A DNA stretch of 63,500 nucleotides, the filler included, from Rhabdomonas costata (lineage: Eukaryota): assembly GCA_019059605.1 (NCBI GenBank). It is 53 parts of 53 records of this genome, joined end to end, with 100 filler letters (N's around TTAATTAATTAA, not from the genome) between each part and the next. Parts side by side here need not be neighbours in the genome. Positions count along the whole stretch, not along the records: positions 36,017 to 37,116 come from JAHMHO010028618.1; positions 37,217 to 38,316 come from JAHMHO010028619.1; positions 38,417 to 39,516 come from JAHMHO010028620.1; positions 39,617 to 40,716 come from JAHMHO010028621.1; positions 40,817 to 41,916 come from JAHMHO010028622.1; positions 42,017 to 43,114 come from JAHMHO010028623.1; positions 43,215 to 44,314 come from JAHMHO010028624.1; positions 44,415 to 45,514 come from JAHMHO010028625.1; 45 more parts are not named here. One strand, given 5' to 3'. Under the pieces are notes generated by a model. That model searched no databases. It had not been told where the DNA came from and saw nothing but the letters and a program-made list of their open reading frames with translations. Each line of letters begins with the position of its first letter. The first letter of the stretch is position 1. A program made the position numbers and the translations under genes. Shown here one piece after another: positions 37,114-50,627 of this stretch.

Positions 37114-37796
37114 CAANNNNNNNNNNNNNNNNNNNNNNNNNNNNNNNNNNNNNNNNNNNNTTAATTAATTAANNNNNNNNNNNNNNNNNNNNNNNNNNNN
37201 NNNNNNNNNNNNNNNNTTTTGGTGGTGACCGTTGCACGGTGACAATTGTTCACAGTTTGTAGGAAAGACAAAGGCAATAAACTACAGCAAAAGCTGAAAC
37301 TTTGTCGACAACAAAAATATGCAAACAATTGTCACCGTGCAACGGTCACCACGCGGCGGAAAAAAGCCATGAGGCCGAAGTAGCTAGGAAAATAGCAGGA
37401 AGGGGAATGTAGTTGTTGTGTCTGTCTCTCTATTTTCTGTGTTTTGTCTTTTTTTGGAAACAAGACACGAAATGCACTGTAAGGAAACTCGGCAAGGGCG
37501 ATCGGGAAATGGAAGACGTCAAAGCAGGCGGAAGGCGGGTGGGTTCAAGAGGTCAGTTTGAGTGTAGGTCGAGAGAGACCCTAATCTAAGACCACCTGGG
37601 AAAGCAAGAGCACTTGATAAAGAAATTAGCAAGCCAAGGCCCCTGTTTCATAAGGAGAACTGCCTATCGTGGCTTAAGGGACACGGGAATGGCTTTAATC
37701 GAGGAAGGATTTTCTGCGGGATCCGTTCCATTCTTGTATGTAAGTGTTTTTAGGTATGTTCTCTTTCAACTTCATTATTTTCTGGAAATATTGCAG

Positions 37797-38199
37797 CCTG
37801 CTCGGGTGAAGGAGTTCAACGACCGAGGGCTGGGCTTCGAGTTGGAGGTCACTGAGCTTCAGGCGGTGTGCACGCATGTGATGCAAAGGCTGGGAGTGGA
37901 GCGGGGGTGGGGGTAATTGTATCTGCCTCCCCAGTCCCGAAGTATAGCACTCGATGCTTTCGGTTCTTTTTTTGTGTCCTGCTAGAACGACTATCACGAC
38001 GGAGAGTTGTGAAATGCATGGCGATCCTGTTACTTGCGCACCCCCCCCCCAAACCCTGCACGCGCAGTTCCTTGAGGCCGCAATCGACACTCGCACCGTG
38101 AGCACGGTGATGCTGTACGAAGCACTAGGTGACCGGGCACCCACTCAGACCGTGGCCGAGCAGAGGCCTCCAACTCCGAGACCCCCAGAGCCGGAACCG
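37797..38199 (+). CDS. Hypothetical protein, two exons (about 37797-37865 and 38068-38199)
   Basis: AG/GT-bounded GC-rich exons join in phase 0: PARVKEFNDRGLGFELEVTELQA|FLEAAIDTRTVSTVMLYEALG. Confidence 0.45.
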
Positions 38200-39005
38200 G
38201 TATGAATGTGTTGCTTGCGCAGGGACTTCCTATTTTGCCATTTTCGGGATAGCCCGGTACACTAGCGCGGAAGGTTGGGGTACCCGATTGGACCTCGAGC
38301 CCTCCCCAACCACCCCNNNNNNNNNNNNNNNNNNNNNNNNNNNNNNNNNNNNNNNNNNNNTTAATTAATTAANNNNNNNNNNNNNNNNNNNNNNNNNNNN
38401 NNNNNNNNNNNNNNNNGTTGGGTTTATTGGCGATTTCCCAGCCCTCAGGCCTGTGTCTCTGTGCCCAGTTAAGGCAATCCTGAATGGACCCTTCAGGATT
38501 GCCTTAACTGGGCACAGAGACACAGGCCTGAGGGGTCCATTCAGGACTCTGGACTTTGAAATTGGAAGGGCGGGGTGCCCATTTTGTCCTTTTCAAGCCT
38601 GAATACTGAGCCTAATCTCTCGGGCCCAGGAGTGTTTCATGCTGGCACTGGAGTGGTGTGCCGGAATGCTTCGGTCCATAGCTAGCCTAGAGGCCAACTT
38701 AGGGTTAGGGCCAATTCCGGACCGTTTGCGCTGTGCTGGCTTGGCTAAAAGCCGATTTCATGTAAGTTGACACACCGGGAAGGGTTCAGAAATTCCAAAG
38801 AAGGTGGTTTTGTGGCGATATTTTAAGTGCGGTCTTTTCTTATTACTTTTTTTTCGAATGTTTTCCTCTTGAACTTTGGCAAGAGTTTGATGAATCCCGC
38901 AGCCAATCATATTGTAAACGATATGACAGCAACACTAGCGAAGTGGAAAAAAGGCGAACCATAAGAAAAGAGAAGCAAATAAAACAGCACGCGGCCACGG
39001 CACAC

Positions 39006-39212
39006 CTCCTCTGCCTGCACCACCAAAAGACCGGTGCAACCATTGCAACAGTAGAACTGGCCGGTGCGTCCGTTTTCCTCCCACTTCACCTCAAAACTGT
39101 AACTGTTTATGTCCCGGAGGACTCGCCCTCTCTTCCCGGCGCCGCCATCGCTGTCTCCAGAACCCTGCCGATCCCAGTGCGGGCCCCGGGAGACCACGTC
39201 GTTGACCTTCAC
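39006..39212 (-). CDS. MIB/HERC2-domain exon
   Basis: VKVNDVVSRGPHWDRQGSGDSDGGAGKRGRV...FEVKWEENG matches the V.RGPDW...QDGG.G..G.V...V.W..G pattern. Confidence 0.75.
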
Positions 39213-41169
39213 CTATCACACCCACACCCGCATGCAAAAAAAGACAGGGATGCGCAGAGCAGGGGGCAAAAGAGAGTGCGCAGAAAGTCCCCCCCCCATG
39301 AATTTCTCATTCAACAAAGCACCACCGGTAAAAAACGGCGGCGAACAGTGGAAGAGTGCGAAGTGAGAGTGCGAAATCTCAGTCCTACTACCACACTTAC
39401 AACCCACGCTTTTTTCTTTTTGCAGCGCTTGAAGCTACACTATTTTCAAACTCCGCGTAGGCGGTCACGTCGGGTCAGAACGGCCATAACGGAAACTTTT
39501 GCACGAACAACCCCACNNNNNNNNNNNNNNNNNNNNNNNNNNNNNNNNNNNNNNNNNNNNTTAATTAATTAANNNNNNNNNNNNNNNNNNNNNNNNNNNN
39601 NNNNNNNNNNNNNNNNCTTTTGATGTGGTGTCCCGCACACCCTGTGGCGCTTGCTTTCGATTCTGTTTTCATTGGTTGATCAATGTATGTCCACTTCTTG
39701 TGTCCGTGTCCACTCCTGCACTCCACTGCTGCCTTCCTGTGCCTTCCGACTTTCCGGAATTTTTTCCCTTTTGTTTAGTGTGTGTATGCGTGTGTGTTGT
39801 GATGAGATCTTTCCCACGAGATCTCCTTCCACTCCAATAAGCGGGTTTGTTCCATTTGTTTTTTTACTGACACTCTTTGGCTAGTGGCTTTGGCCGCCAG
39901 CTGCAAGTCAATACACTCTGGGCCCAACCTCGTCGTGGTCTTTGTTGTCTTCAAAGAAGCGGCTCCCGCGATGTTCAGTCCAGTTTTGCCCGTAACTCAA
40001 GTCCAAGAGCCCTTTCCTTGATTGTCGCGTTGCGTTTTCACTGCATTGAAACACTTCGCCCACGCAGCAGCAACTTTGGAAGGGCATACATCTTGGGATA
40101 GGTGCGTTTGTATGGCAAAGTTCTTCGTACTGTAAGGTTCACTAACAACTTGCACGTGAGATGTTTGACGAGGCGGAGCCTCTTCTCCTGGGTTTCATTG
40201 GCTAAATCTGACCTAATTTTGGCTTGTATGCTCTGCTGCATGTCACGCTGGTGCAGGGCTACGGTGCAACGCTACGTTGCCCACGGCTTTGGTACTTGCA
40301 CGAAGTCAGTCTTCATCCGTCAGCCCTTAACAATGCGATTGCATGCCAATTAGTGGCTTTCTTATGCAGTTGAAAACAAAGCTGGGCAAGGTATAGCATG
40401 ATTGCTTCCACCTTTCGAGAGACGTGACAATTTTTAAATGAGATTTCAATGTCGTGGTTAAATAAGATAGGAAGGCATTTTTTCTAGGGTGCCCACCGAT
40501 TCCGAGGTGACATCATTGCTAATATGGTCTTCAGGCAGGCCTCGGGCGGATTGCCTGGGTTATTTTTGGAGAGGAACAGTGAGCTTGGGCAGGGTGTTTA
40601 CCTTGTAGGTGCCGTCGAGAAACCCTCCGCTGCGTGGGGCAAGAAGCGGAGGGTTTCTCGACGGCACCTACAAGGTAAACACCCTGCCCAAGCTCACTGT
40701 TCCTCTCCACAAACACNNNNNNNNNNNNNNNNNNNNNNNNNNNNNNNNNNNNNNNNNNNNTTAATTAATTAANNNNNNNNNNNNNNNNNNNNNNNNNNNN
40801 NNNNNNNNNNNNNNNNTGTTTTTTGGGAGGGCGATGTTCATGTGCTCTGGGAGTGGGTTAGAGGGCGATGCACATGAAAAAGCAAGACAAGCGCGCGGCG
40901 TAGTCGTGCCCTTTTCTTTTGAGTCGGCAAGTCTAAGAACAAATCCCCCCCTCCTTTTTGAGAAGACAATAATAAACTGCCTGGATTGCTTCCGTCCAGG
41001 TCTCTCTTTCTGTGCCCGTACATTGCTTGGATGTGGGCCTTGGATCATTTTTCGGTGGACGACCAGTGGATACGGATACTATGCTTTGGGTGCTTTTTTT
41101 CTCAACTCCTCACTCGTTCCCAACCTGAGTGTGTGCAGGTGGTGGGTGGGAGTGGGGAGGACGGGGACC

Positions 41170-41762
41170 TGGCAGCCCTCCACAAAGCTGCCGATTAGGG
41201 CGTGCAGACGGTCCTTCGAAGGGGTGGAGGGCCCCGGGAGAAGGTCCTCCGCGCTGAGGGTCAGAATGGCCATCGCTGTGCCCTTCACCTGTGTAAGTGT
41301 GTGCACGAACGTGGGCCGTGTGCTTCCCCCCTGAGTAGATGCAACTCATCCCAAGCACTCCACTCCGGTCCACAACCTACCACCGCTCCAGATGTTTGGC
41401 GTTAACTTTTCCCTTTCTGCTCAATATGCCAAAGCTAAGAAATAAGAGCCAAAAGCGCGAAAAAGAAACCTTGCACACAAAACCAGCACAAGGTGCTGCC
41501 ATGCGGGCAAGAGGCCTCCCTTTCGGTTAGATTTCCACTGCTCCCGCCGAAGTAAAGTGAAAAGGAAAGCACCACGAGTACACACTGCACATGTGGGGGG
41601 AGGGGGTGTTGCGACCTGCTGCTGAACAGTTGTGGGCACGGCGTCGGGGGAAGAGAGTTCTGCCTCTCCCACGACGGCCTGCCGCAGCAGCCCCTGCCTC
41701 CGCTGCTGCTCCGCCGTCACACAAAGCTCCACTGGGGAGGAGGCCTTTCCCGGGCCTCCACC
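41170..41762 (-). CDS. Hypothetical protein, two putative exons
   Basis: AG/GT-bounded exons ...AVPTTVQQQ|VKGTAMAILTLSAEDL...RLHALIGSFVEGCQ. No firm family. Confidence 0.35.
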
Positions 41763-42339
41763 CTGCACGGTGCACAGAGTTGGAATCCCCACCCCACCCA
41801 TCCAAAAGCACTTTCGGGGGGACGCAGGGTAGGTCCGCCTTCTCATAGCACAAGCCCCCCCCCGGTTTCCCGTTCCAGCACACACGCCATCCTCACCTTA
41901 TCATCTTCGAGCCAGCNNNNNNNNNNNNNNNNNNNNNNNNNNNNNNNNNNNNNNNNNNNNTTAATTAATTAANNNNNNNNNNNNNNNNNNNNNNNNNNNN
42001 NNNNNNNNNNNNNNNNAGAGAGGGGGCGTTACCCGTTCACCATGTGGTGCTTTTGAATGTTTGGCGTGGCCGTTTTCATTTCAACAGGTTTCAAACCCGA
42101 CGGACTCTCTGAGTACCCTTGCTGCTGGCATTTATATTGGCACTGCACCGCTTTTCATAAAAGGAGAAAATACTATTGCAAGGCGTGGGTATGTTAACGG
42201 TTGGCGTGCCAGAACAGACGCGTGGAGTTCATCCACACAAACGAGGTCGCTGCTAACCTTATGCGATGTGCTGGTAGCACAGAAGAATGGGAATCATACT
42301 GCCAGGGCAGGAGGACGTGCTGATATGTTGGACCACCAG

Positions 42340-42996
42340 AGAGCACCTCCGCCGATGACAGAGAGGTGTGCCCGGGGCTTCTGGCAGAGGATGGTCCGGC
42401 TTCTGGAAGAGGATAGTGTGTGTGTGTGTGTGTGTTTTTCTTTTTGGGGAGCAGTCGACCAAGCGGGGGTAATGCGCGGGTGCAACGGTAGTTTTGAGCA
42501 ACAAGCTCTCGCTCGCGCACATACTCTGTGTGCGCAAGAATGTATCTGTGCGTAGAATGCACTACCAGGCCTTTCTTGCGGTACGCAGCGGGGCACTGCA
42601 CGCGCAGCGGCGAGGAGCCATCCTCGAGGGTCTCAAAGAGCTGGGGTTCGAGCTGAAGGTTCTTCAGCTCATTGAAGACATACACAACCTGAGCCACAGA
42701 CGGGCCATCATGTCACCCAACATAAACCCGTCCTGCCTTGCGGGTGAACCAAGCGATGCTTCTGCAGCTACCAACAGAACATTTATTGTTCCAAACGAAA
42801 AGATGCGCCTTCGTCCGCAAGTGGATGTGATGAGGTGATTGCGGGCAAATCAGACCTCGTCATGGCGGAACCGCGGGAGGGGGCATCGCCCCGAGGCCTT
42901 CTCATCGGCAAGGTACGCCGAGAGCAGCCCATGGCACCGCTCGATGAGCACTGGCAGCGTCAGCGCACCCACGCGCTGGTTCGGGGAGATGTCATC
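42340..42996 (-). CDS. MON2: MON2-like protein, C-terminal region; exons 42996-42856, 42688-about 42583, possibly 42402-about 42340
   Basis: LTLPVLIERCHGLLSAYLADEKASGRCPLPRFRHDE|VVYVFNELKNLQL resembles the Mon2 C-terminal motif (RC..L..Y..DE..SG.CPLPR). Confidence 0.7.
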
Positions 42997-43214
42997 CTGC
43001 ACATGGCATCCCAAATCGCCCCCACTCCATTCAGATCTAACTCATTCCCCACACACACCTGAATCCCAAATCCCAAAATCTCGGATAAAGTACAAAGATA
43101 ACACAGCAGATAACNNNNNNNNNNNNNNNNNNNNNNNNNNNNNNNNNNNNNNNNNNNNTTAATTAATTAANNNNNNNNNNNNNNNNNNNNNNNNNNNNNN
43201 NNNNNNNNNNNNNN

Positions 43215-43448
43215 TGTGGGTGGTCGCCGATGGCATGGAGCTGGAGTGCTGCGAGTCCATCAGGGGAGACCCCGGGGATTTGGGGGATGTGGCCTTGGGG
43301 GATGTGGTTTTGGGGGACGTGGCCTTGGGGGAAACCCTGCCAGTCAGCTTGGTCTCCTCGACCCCACGCCGGCACTCCTCCACTTGCTGGAGAAACTCCG
43401 GCTTCGGCCCCGTGGCTTTGGCGTGGTGAAGGTTCTTGATGGACCGCC
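43215..43448 (-). CDS. Hypothetical protein exon with 15-nt (SPKxT) tandem repeats
   Basis: VSPKATSPKTTSPKATSPKSP is encoded by a 15-nt tandem repeat at about 43276-43335, downstream of an AG acceptor. Confidence 0.5.
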
Positions 43449-44727
43449 CTGCAACACAGACCCATCGCTCGAGCCACTCCCGTCGACCCACTGAGATAGC
43501 TAACGAAGGCGACAGCTCTACAAATAAAAGGGAGAAGTATACACCACTGTTGTACAACTAAGAATGAACAACAAGTAACAACGAACCATGATTACATGTA
43601 GATTTACTGCCTTCGCTGCTTTCTGAAGGTAAACAGTAAAATGTCAGAGAGATGTGCGATACGCAGCTGAACTGTAGCTTGCCTTCTTCACCCAACCTCT
43701 ACATCAAGGCTGTCTGCACAACAGAAACAATACAACTGTTTTCCTCCTCTGGACTGGCTGTCGCAACCTGCTACTGCTGTGCTTTCTTTGGTTTGTGTGG
43801 ATTACTTTTTACCGCTCACAAGGGTGCGAGTGGATATGTGCTCGAAGCCAAACTCACATCGACACTATCTAACATTGTAGAAGCAACAGAAACACTCGCA
43901 ACATAACCTCCATAACATAACCTCCGAAACCGACACGCCGAACCCAACCTGATCACCGTGCAATCCATGTATCATACCCAAACGAGAACAGTAGCACCAA
44001 AAGCACCCAACCACACCAGCGTCAACTCCAGCATCATCGACACCTGCAACACAACGAGCATCTGTAGCACCACACACATCCGCAACACCACCCAGTACAC
44101 CCCAAGCACCGCCCACACCCCACGCACCCTCCACACTACCACAGGAACCCACAAACCCAGAGAGATGGCCACCTAGGTCCGCACACGACGTTGGCTACAC
44201 AAGCACCCTTTCCCCGTAGCAAAAATCCTTACCCGACACACAATCATCCCCAAGCAATAGAAATACGTGCCACACAGTAATTGTTCGAGTGCCCACAAAT
44301 AACGACCCAAACCCNNNNNNNNNNNNNNNNNNNNNNNNNNNNNNNNNNNNNNNNNNNNTTAATTAATTAANNNNNNNNNNNNNNNNNNNNNNNNNNNNNN
44401 NNNNNNNNNNNNNNTTTTTTGGTGACAAATGAAGCTAGGGACGTCGGATAACGGTGGGGAACGGTTATTACAGGGTAACGTGTGATATTGCCGACGTGTA
44501 CAAGGATACCCAGTGACATCGGATAAAGTAACAATTACTACTGGCAACGATGATCGTTCAAGCGTTAGCCTTCAGCCGTTAACAAACTCTAAGGCTAGGT
44601 GATAATACTTGCCAAACACGTTTGCCTGGCGGGCCCTCATCTGTCGACTAAGAAATATTTACCCATCGACCGTCAAAGACACACGTGCGAACAGAGAGCA
44701 CAGCAGTGTGGCCGGGAGTCGGCATAC

Positions 44728-44922
44728 CAAGAGCCAGGGGAATCTTCCCGGTGGGTCCGGCAAGGGTCTCCCAGTTCAGCAGGCAGGCGGAGCGCAGGGC
44801 CAGCAGCAGGGCGTCCAGCCAGGCGTTGGTGACGAGGTGGCTGCTGACAAGGGCCAGGAACAAGGGGTGGGCGAAGGGCTCCAGCTCGGGGAGGGCCCCG
44901 CTGAGGGGAACCCGGGAGGAGG
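44728..44922 (-). CDS. Hypothetical protein exon
   Basis: GC3-rich AG/GT-bounded exon ...ELEPFAHPLFLALVSSHLVTNAWLDALLLALRSACLLNWE. Confidence 0.4.
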
Positions 44923-46838
44923 CTAGGGTGGGCAGCGATAGAGTGGAGGGCCGCAGGCCGTGGCAAAACGCCCAGAGCTGGAAGCACCCCGAGTTCCGCG
45001 AGGGGTCCCTTTGTGCACGTGTGGGTATGTTGGCCACACGGATACGGATGCTCGCGGGAGGAATCTTCGGAGCAAACGGAGTACCGGCTCACTGCGGTGC
45101 ATTCGTCTTTGAGCACTCAGGCTCCTCCTTCTTTGCCTCCTTCTTTGAGGGGGTCTGAGACCATCTCTTCTTGGAACGTTTCGTTCGGGTGAACGGACAG
45201 CAACGGCGTGTGATAGGGAGCGGACAGTAGTGTTACGCATTAAGGCTGTGGAGAGCAGTCACCTCAACTCTGAATGCGATGTCTAACCCAACAAAACCCA
45301 TGCTACCACAACGCAACCACTACGTCAACATGACTCAACAACGAACCCCTCTCCATGAGCTATCCCGCGGGCATCACGGGTCGATGGGTACCCGTGGCAT
45401 CCAGGGGCCAAAGACATGCTAGGAAATGACACTTCCCATTTTTCCCCACAACCAGGCAAACGTATCTCCCGCTCACGTTCAAAATGCCTGTCCCAGGTAG
45501 CAGTACACACACACNNNNNNNNNNNNNNNNNNNNNNNNNNNNNNNNNNNNNNNNNNNNTTAATTAATTAANNNNNNNNNNNNNNNNNNNNNNNNNNNNNN
45601 NNNNNNNNNNNNNNTTGTTTTGGTCACAGGAGAACACAGCAAGACAAGAAAGACATAGGATACCGCCCGGAATGTCATTTACTGCGGAGGGGAAGAAACG
45701 AAGAGAAAGATCATCAACCAGCTTAGAGAATGCGATTGGACTCCTCGGTGACAAAGACTAAGATGAGTGAGTATTCAGTCACGTAGCCAAAGACATATCA
45801 AGACCACAATCGGAAGGCGGTGAGGTATGCAGAGCCCGCACCCCCCTGCGACCTGCGACTTGGTAGGCCATCGGAAGAAATTTAGGTCTGAATCGCTTTG
45901 TCCTCGTATCCTTCAGCGCATCACGTGCTTCCCTTGCGCACGCACCTCCCTGTGGTGGCCACAGATTCTCCTCGAAGGGACGGGACGGTTAGAGTGCTGC
46001 AGCACTTTCTCTCGATAGGTAACAAGAAGTATAACGACACTACCTCATTTCGGTATATAGTCTACCTGTAACCTGGATCTTTCCTCTCTCTTTTGGTAAA
46101 GGAGGGAAGGTTGAAATTGGTGGTGTGGGGAGCTGAGTCCCTCCAGTGGCGGATTGTTGAAGTATCACCTCCCTCTTCGGTTCCCATTGAATAGGTGAAG
46201 GGTAGTAGTATTGGCTCAACCTCTTGTGAAGACAATCAGAGAGGGGGCCTGTACGTCAGTCTGTGTCCCTATCGTTGAGGATCCAATACAAAAAAGCAGA
46301 CAGAAGCGAACTTATAAACACACTTGTCCTCGCGCTTCTTGGGAACAACCAGATGCCAACAAGCCCTGATACCATTGAATCTGAAATAACCGATTCAACG
46401 TTTTTATTTCAAGAAAATTGCAATGTGCAGCTTCAATTTTCGCTCCAGCCGGGAAACCTCTGACAGCATATACTTAAGTTTAGTATGTTTTAATTATCTG
46501 AAGCTTATCATCAACTCACAAACGTCAAAGGTTTGATGCGTCCAGCTTTATAATGTTTGCAGTGCTCTCATCATGAGAGAGCTTGCGAGATGTGCTTTTG
46601 GAGACATAAAGCGCGCGCATTTGCTGGTCTGGAAAAACGTACTTAAGGCAACTCCAGGAAGGAAACATAAGTGCGAAGGAGTGTACCGCAGCACAGACAC
46701 ACGAACACACACCCNNNNNNNNNNNNNNNNNNNNNNNNNNNNNNNNNNNNNNNNNNNNTTAATTAATTAANNNNNNNNNNNNNNNNNNNNNNNNNNNNNN
46801 NNNNNNNNNNNNNNGGTTTGGGGGGCGTTTGCGCACAG

Positions 46839-47912
46839 TACGGGACGATTGGGTGGAACGTGGCGTACGACTTCAACGAGACGGACTTCACCGTGAGCCA
46901 GGAGCTGCTGAACACCTACCTCACCAAGGCCCACCTCAACAACGGCCCCGTTCCCTGGCCCTCCCTGCGATACCTGGTCTCTGTATGTATGTCTACATGT
47001 ATGTGTGTGTGCTGCGTTTGAACAAATTCACAGACACAACATACAGTACGCACGGTTGCAATTCCCGGCCGTTGGCACCTCATCCAAGAAGTACGCTTTG
47101 GGTGTGTGACGTCTTTCGCCTTGCATCCCCATTTTCCAGGCTTTTGCCACTCATCTTTTTTTGTTCTGCTCTTTTCACTTCTACGCTGGCCTTTGTAAAT
47201 TCTCACTTCATTGCATTGTTGTTGATGCCTTTTATATTTAAGTGAGGGTGTAGTTCATCTTTGTGTGAGTGCGTGTAGTGGTGGGAGTGGTGGCGATGTG
47301 TTCAGGTTGGGGAGGCCATGTACGGGGGGCGGGTGACGGACGGGATGGATCGGAGAGTGGTGACGACCTATCTCCACGAGTACATGGGGGACTTCCTGTT
47401 CGACACCTTCCAGCCCTTCCACTTCTACTGCAACGAGACGGTGGACTACAAGTTGCCTGCCGCCTGCACCACCAGCACCGAGCCCGTGCCCCGCGACGAA
47501 TTCGCCGCGGAGATTGAGCGGTGAGGCAGCCCCTCCCCTTTTCTTGCCTTTCTCTCTCTCTCTCTGTTTCTTGTTCCCTGACCCATGTCTCAGGTTCTCT
47601 TCCCGCGGTTGATATGCACTTGATGCCTTAGAAGTATCAGAGCCGCCCAGTGAAGCGGTCGCTAAGCTGGTCAACGTCAGGACCAGCGCCGCAGTTGCAG
47701 CTCCACGAAATCTGCCCCTCCTTTTGCTGCGCCCCTTTCTCTCTCTCCTCTCCGCCCTCTTCTTTCTCCATCTTACTTTCTTTCTTTCTTCTGCAATTTG
47801 GGTTTTACTGTGCGGGGGATGGGAATGGGGTGCGAACAGGCTGCCGTTCGAGAACAGCCCCGAGGTCTTCGGGCTACACGCCAACGCGGAGATTGGCTAC
47901 CTCACCAAACCC
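46839..47912 (+). CDS. DNAH10: Axonemal dynein heavy chain (DNAH10 / inner-arm I1-alpha-like); exons 46839-46976, 47306-47520, 47840-47912
   Basis: [17 protein letters not shown]...[23 protein letters not shown]...[15 protein letters not shown]...|[20 protein letters not shown]. Two in-frame GT-AG introns. Confidence 0.92.
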
Positions 47913-49700
47913 NNNNNNNNNNNNNNNNNNNNNNNNNNNNNNNNNNNNNNNNNNNNTTAATTAATTAANNNNNNNNNNNNNNNNNNNNNNNNNNNNNNNN
48001 NNNNNNNNNNNNTTTGTTGTTGTCTACTCAATGGTATGTGTTTAGCGCGCATCTGTTATTTCGTGATCGCTCTCTGCGGAGCGGACGCTATTGTGAGGTA
48101 GCATGGGATACGATATTTCTAGGTACCTTAGTGCGCATTGTCCAACGCGGCATATGCACCGCTGGCGTATTTTCTCTCTCCTGAAATCAGCAATGCCATT
48201 TTGTCGCGGCTCCAGGGTTCTGTGAGCGAAGGTTCCCGTTCCGAAAAACCAAAGCAAAGTATGTATTCCCTGCTTCGACTGAGATGCCACGAGCACTGAA
48301 GGGGCATATGTGACTTGGGGAGGCACACTCTTGGTTGGTGTGCCCTGTGCGTACGCTGAAAGCACAGATGTAAGCATCCGAGCATGAAGAAAAAATGCAG
48401 GGGATGCAAGTCACATCTTTGCCCAAGCCATGAGCGCGTGCATCCACGTAACTACTTTTTGAGACCAAGTAGTAGGATACTGGGATGCGCCCATCCCTAC
48501 ATCGGCCTGCATGGATGCAAAATAAATCCGTGCTCTGTCTTCCTCCGATGTATAGACCAGTGTTCGGCCTTAGAGGCAGAGATGATGATATCAGGGGATT
48601 CCGAAAAGGGGATTCCGAAAGAAAGAGGCAAATAGGGGCTTGATTTGTCAGCACGCCCCCCCTCTCCTTATAGCATCCTTGCCTGCATCCGTGCTCTGCG
48701 TCCCTTGAGGGCACCTGACACTCTTCGGTGGAATAGCGGTTTCGTGGGATTGCGTAAATTCTGAGCTCAACGTGACTTGTTGTTGCAATGCCTCACTGTT
48801 TTGCGGGTATCTTCGTAGACATCTCCACGGAGGATGCATACAAGAGGCTCGCCGAGTTCCTGGACACTGTGCAGAGCTTCATGAGCAAGGAGCGGGGTGC
48901 GGTGCACCAGTTCTTCGGGGACAGCCTGGTACGCTCGCGGAGAGAGGGATAGCCAGACACACAGGCAAAGGTTTGCCCTCTAACCCACTTGAAATGCCGA
49001 AAAAAAAAACGCGCCGCAATATGAAATTCCGGTTAACATGGGTCAGCTGTTTCAATTGTATCGGACCCCTCTTTGATTTATCAATCTTTTCGCAACCCCC
49101 CCCCACCCAACNNNNNNNNNNNNNNNNNNNNNNNNNNNNNNNNNNNNNNNNNNNNTTAATTAATTAANNNNNNNNNNNNNNNNNNNNNNNNNNNNNNNNN
49201 NNNNNNNNNNNGTCTGGGTGTTTGTGTGCTCGAAGGTTGTGCTCTGGGATGAGTGATAATCATATGGTGTTCATATTTGCCCTATAGGTTCAGAGGCCCC
49301 CCCTCTTTTTTTTTTTTTGGAGAAGGGAGGGAACGGGGTAGCCACTGCATTTTTGCAGGGCCTTGCCACGCATGAAATATTTCACAGGAATCCTTTCTAC
49401 TCCTTCCTGTCCATTGTATTATTTCTGGACTGGTTCGGGGTCGGCTGCGTTGGGTGGATTAGGAATGCACTCACTGGATCCGGAGAATAACAGTTGATAG
49501 GCTGCAGGGGACTAACCGGAAGTTTGCACCACCGGGTAAAATGCGGTGCTTGGGCACGCCTTGTTCGGCAAGATTGGTTTGCCCTCCAATGGAGTTGTAT
49601 GACATCTTATGAATATAAAGGGAACTGTGGAGGTGTAAAGTGTTTCACTTTCCTGTTTCGCTTTCCTGTTTTATTCTATCTTTTTTTTGCGCTTACACAG

Positions 49701-49805
49701 CGAATCCCTCGTGCAGCGGCTATACTTGCCCCAGCGGTTATTCCAGCACTGCCTCGAGCGTGCTGTGTGCCTCGCAGAGTTGCATGCAGGAGGAGTGCTG
49801 CACAG
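49701..49805 (+). CDS. Cysteine-rich module exon (phase 1-1) of a probable surface protein
   Basis: A 105-nt exon encodes ANPSCSGYTCPSGYSSTASSVLCASQSCMQEECCT with 6 Cys. Confidence 0.6.
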
Positions 49806-50627
49806 GTGTGGAGCTGCCTGGCCACATGCAATTGCCTGGCCACATGCGCATGAGCGAAACCCATTATGCAGGGCCGTTCACTCTTTCTCTGTTCGTGAAC
49901 AAATGAGAAGGGATAACCCTGAAGTCATCTGCCCCTGTGAACCGTGGGAAACCCCAGAGAAATTGCTTTGGAACTCTCTTGAGTTTTCTGTTATGTTTGC
50001 CTGTTCCCACTTCAAACGGGATCCTGTTGCCTCGGATTCCAGTTCCTGCATCGGCGTAAAACCTTCCTTCACAAGACGATCCGGCTTCGGGCGTGTCTTT
50101 CAACTTTTCATAAAGCGCGGGCAGGAAACCAAATACTCATTGTCCATTGTCCGCCCAATAAACCCCACATTTGCTGGAGAAGATCAAAAGAGGTTAGAAA
50201 GCAAAGCGAAGTGTGGTGCAAGGTTATATATTGGGTGATGTCGGTTTGCTATAGTTGCAGGCTTTGTGACTGCATGAGGAAATATATTTCCTCATGCAGT
50301 CACAAAGCCTGNNNNNNNNNNNNNNNNNNNNNNNNNNNNNNNNNNNNNNNNNNNNTTAATTAATTAANNNNNNNNNNNNNNNNNNNNNNNNNNNNNNNNN
50401 NNNNNNNNNNNGATGCTGAAGAGGAGAATGTCACTATCCTGGCCTTTACCCTTTGTTTTTTCATTGTCTTGTACAGTGTGAGTGGATGCGTGCATCTCTC
50501 CCCTTTGGTTTTCACCTTCACTGCTTTCTCCCTCATTTTCTTTATACATGCATAACGTTATGAGCCACTGACTGAGGGGAGTGAAGGCCCGTCTTTCTCG
50601 TTGCTGGGTGTTGTGTCCCCTTGGCAG

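Noticed and set aside
38698..38710. TTAGGGTTAGGG telomere-like motif
   Set aside because: Only two internal copies.
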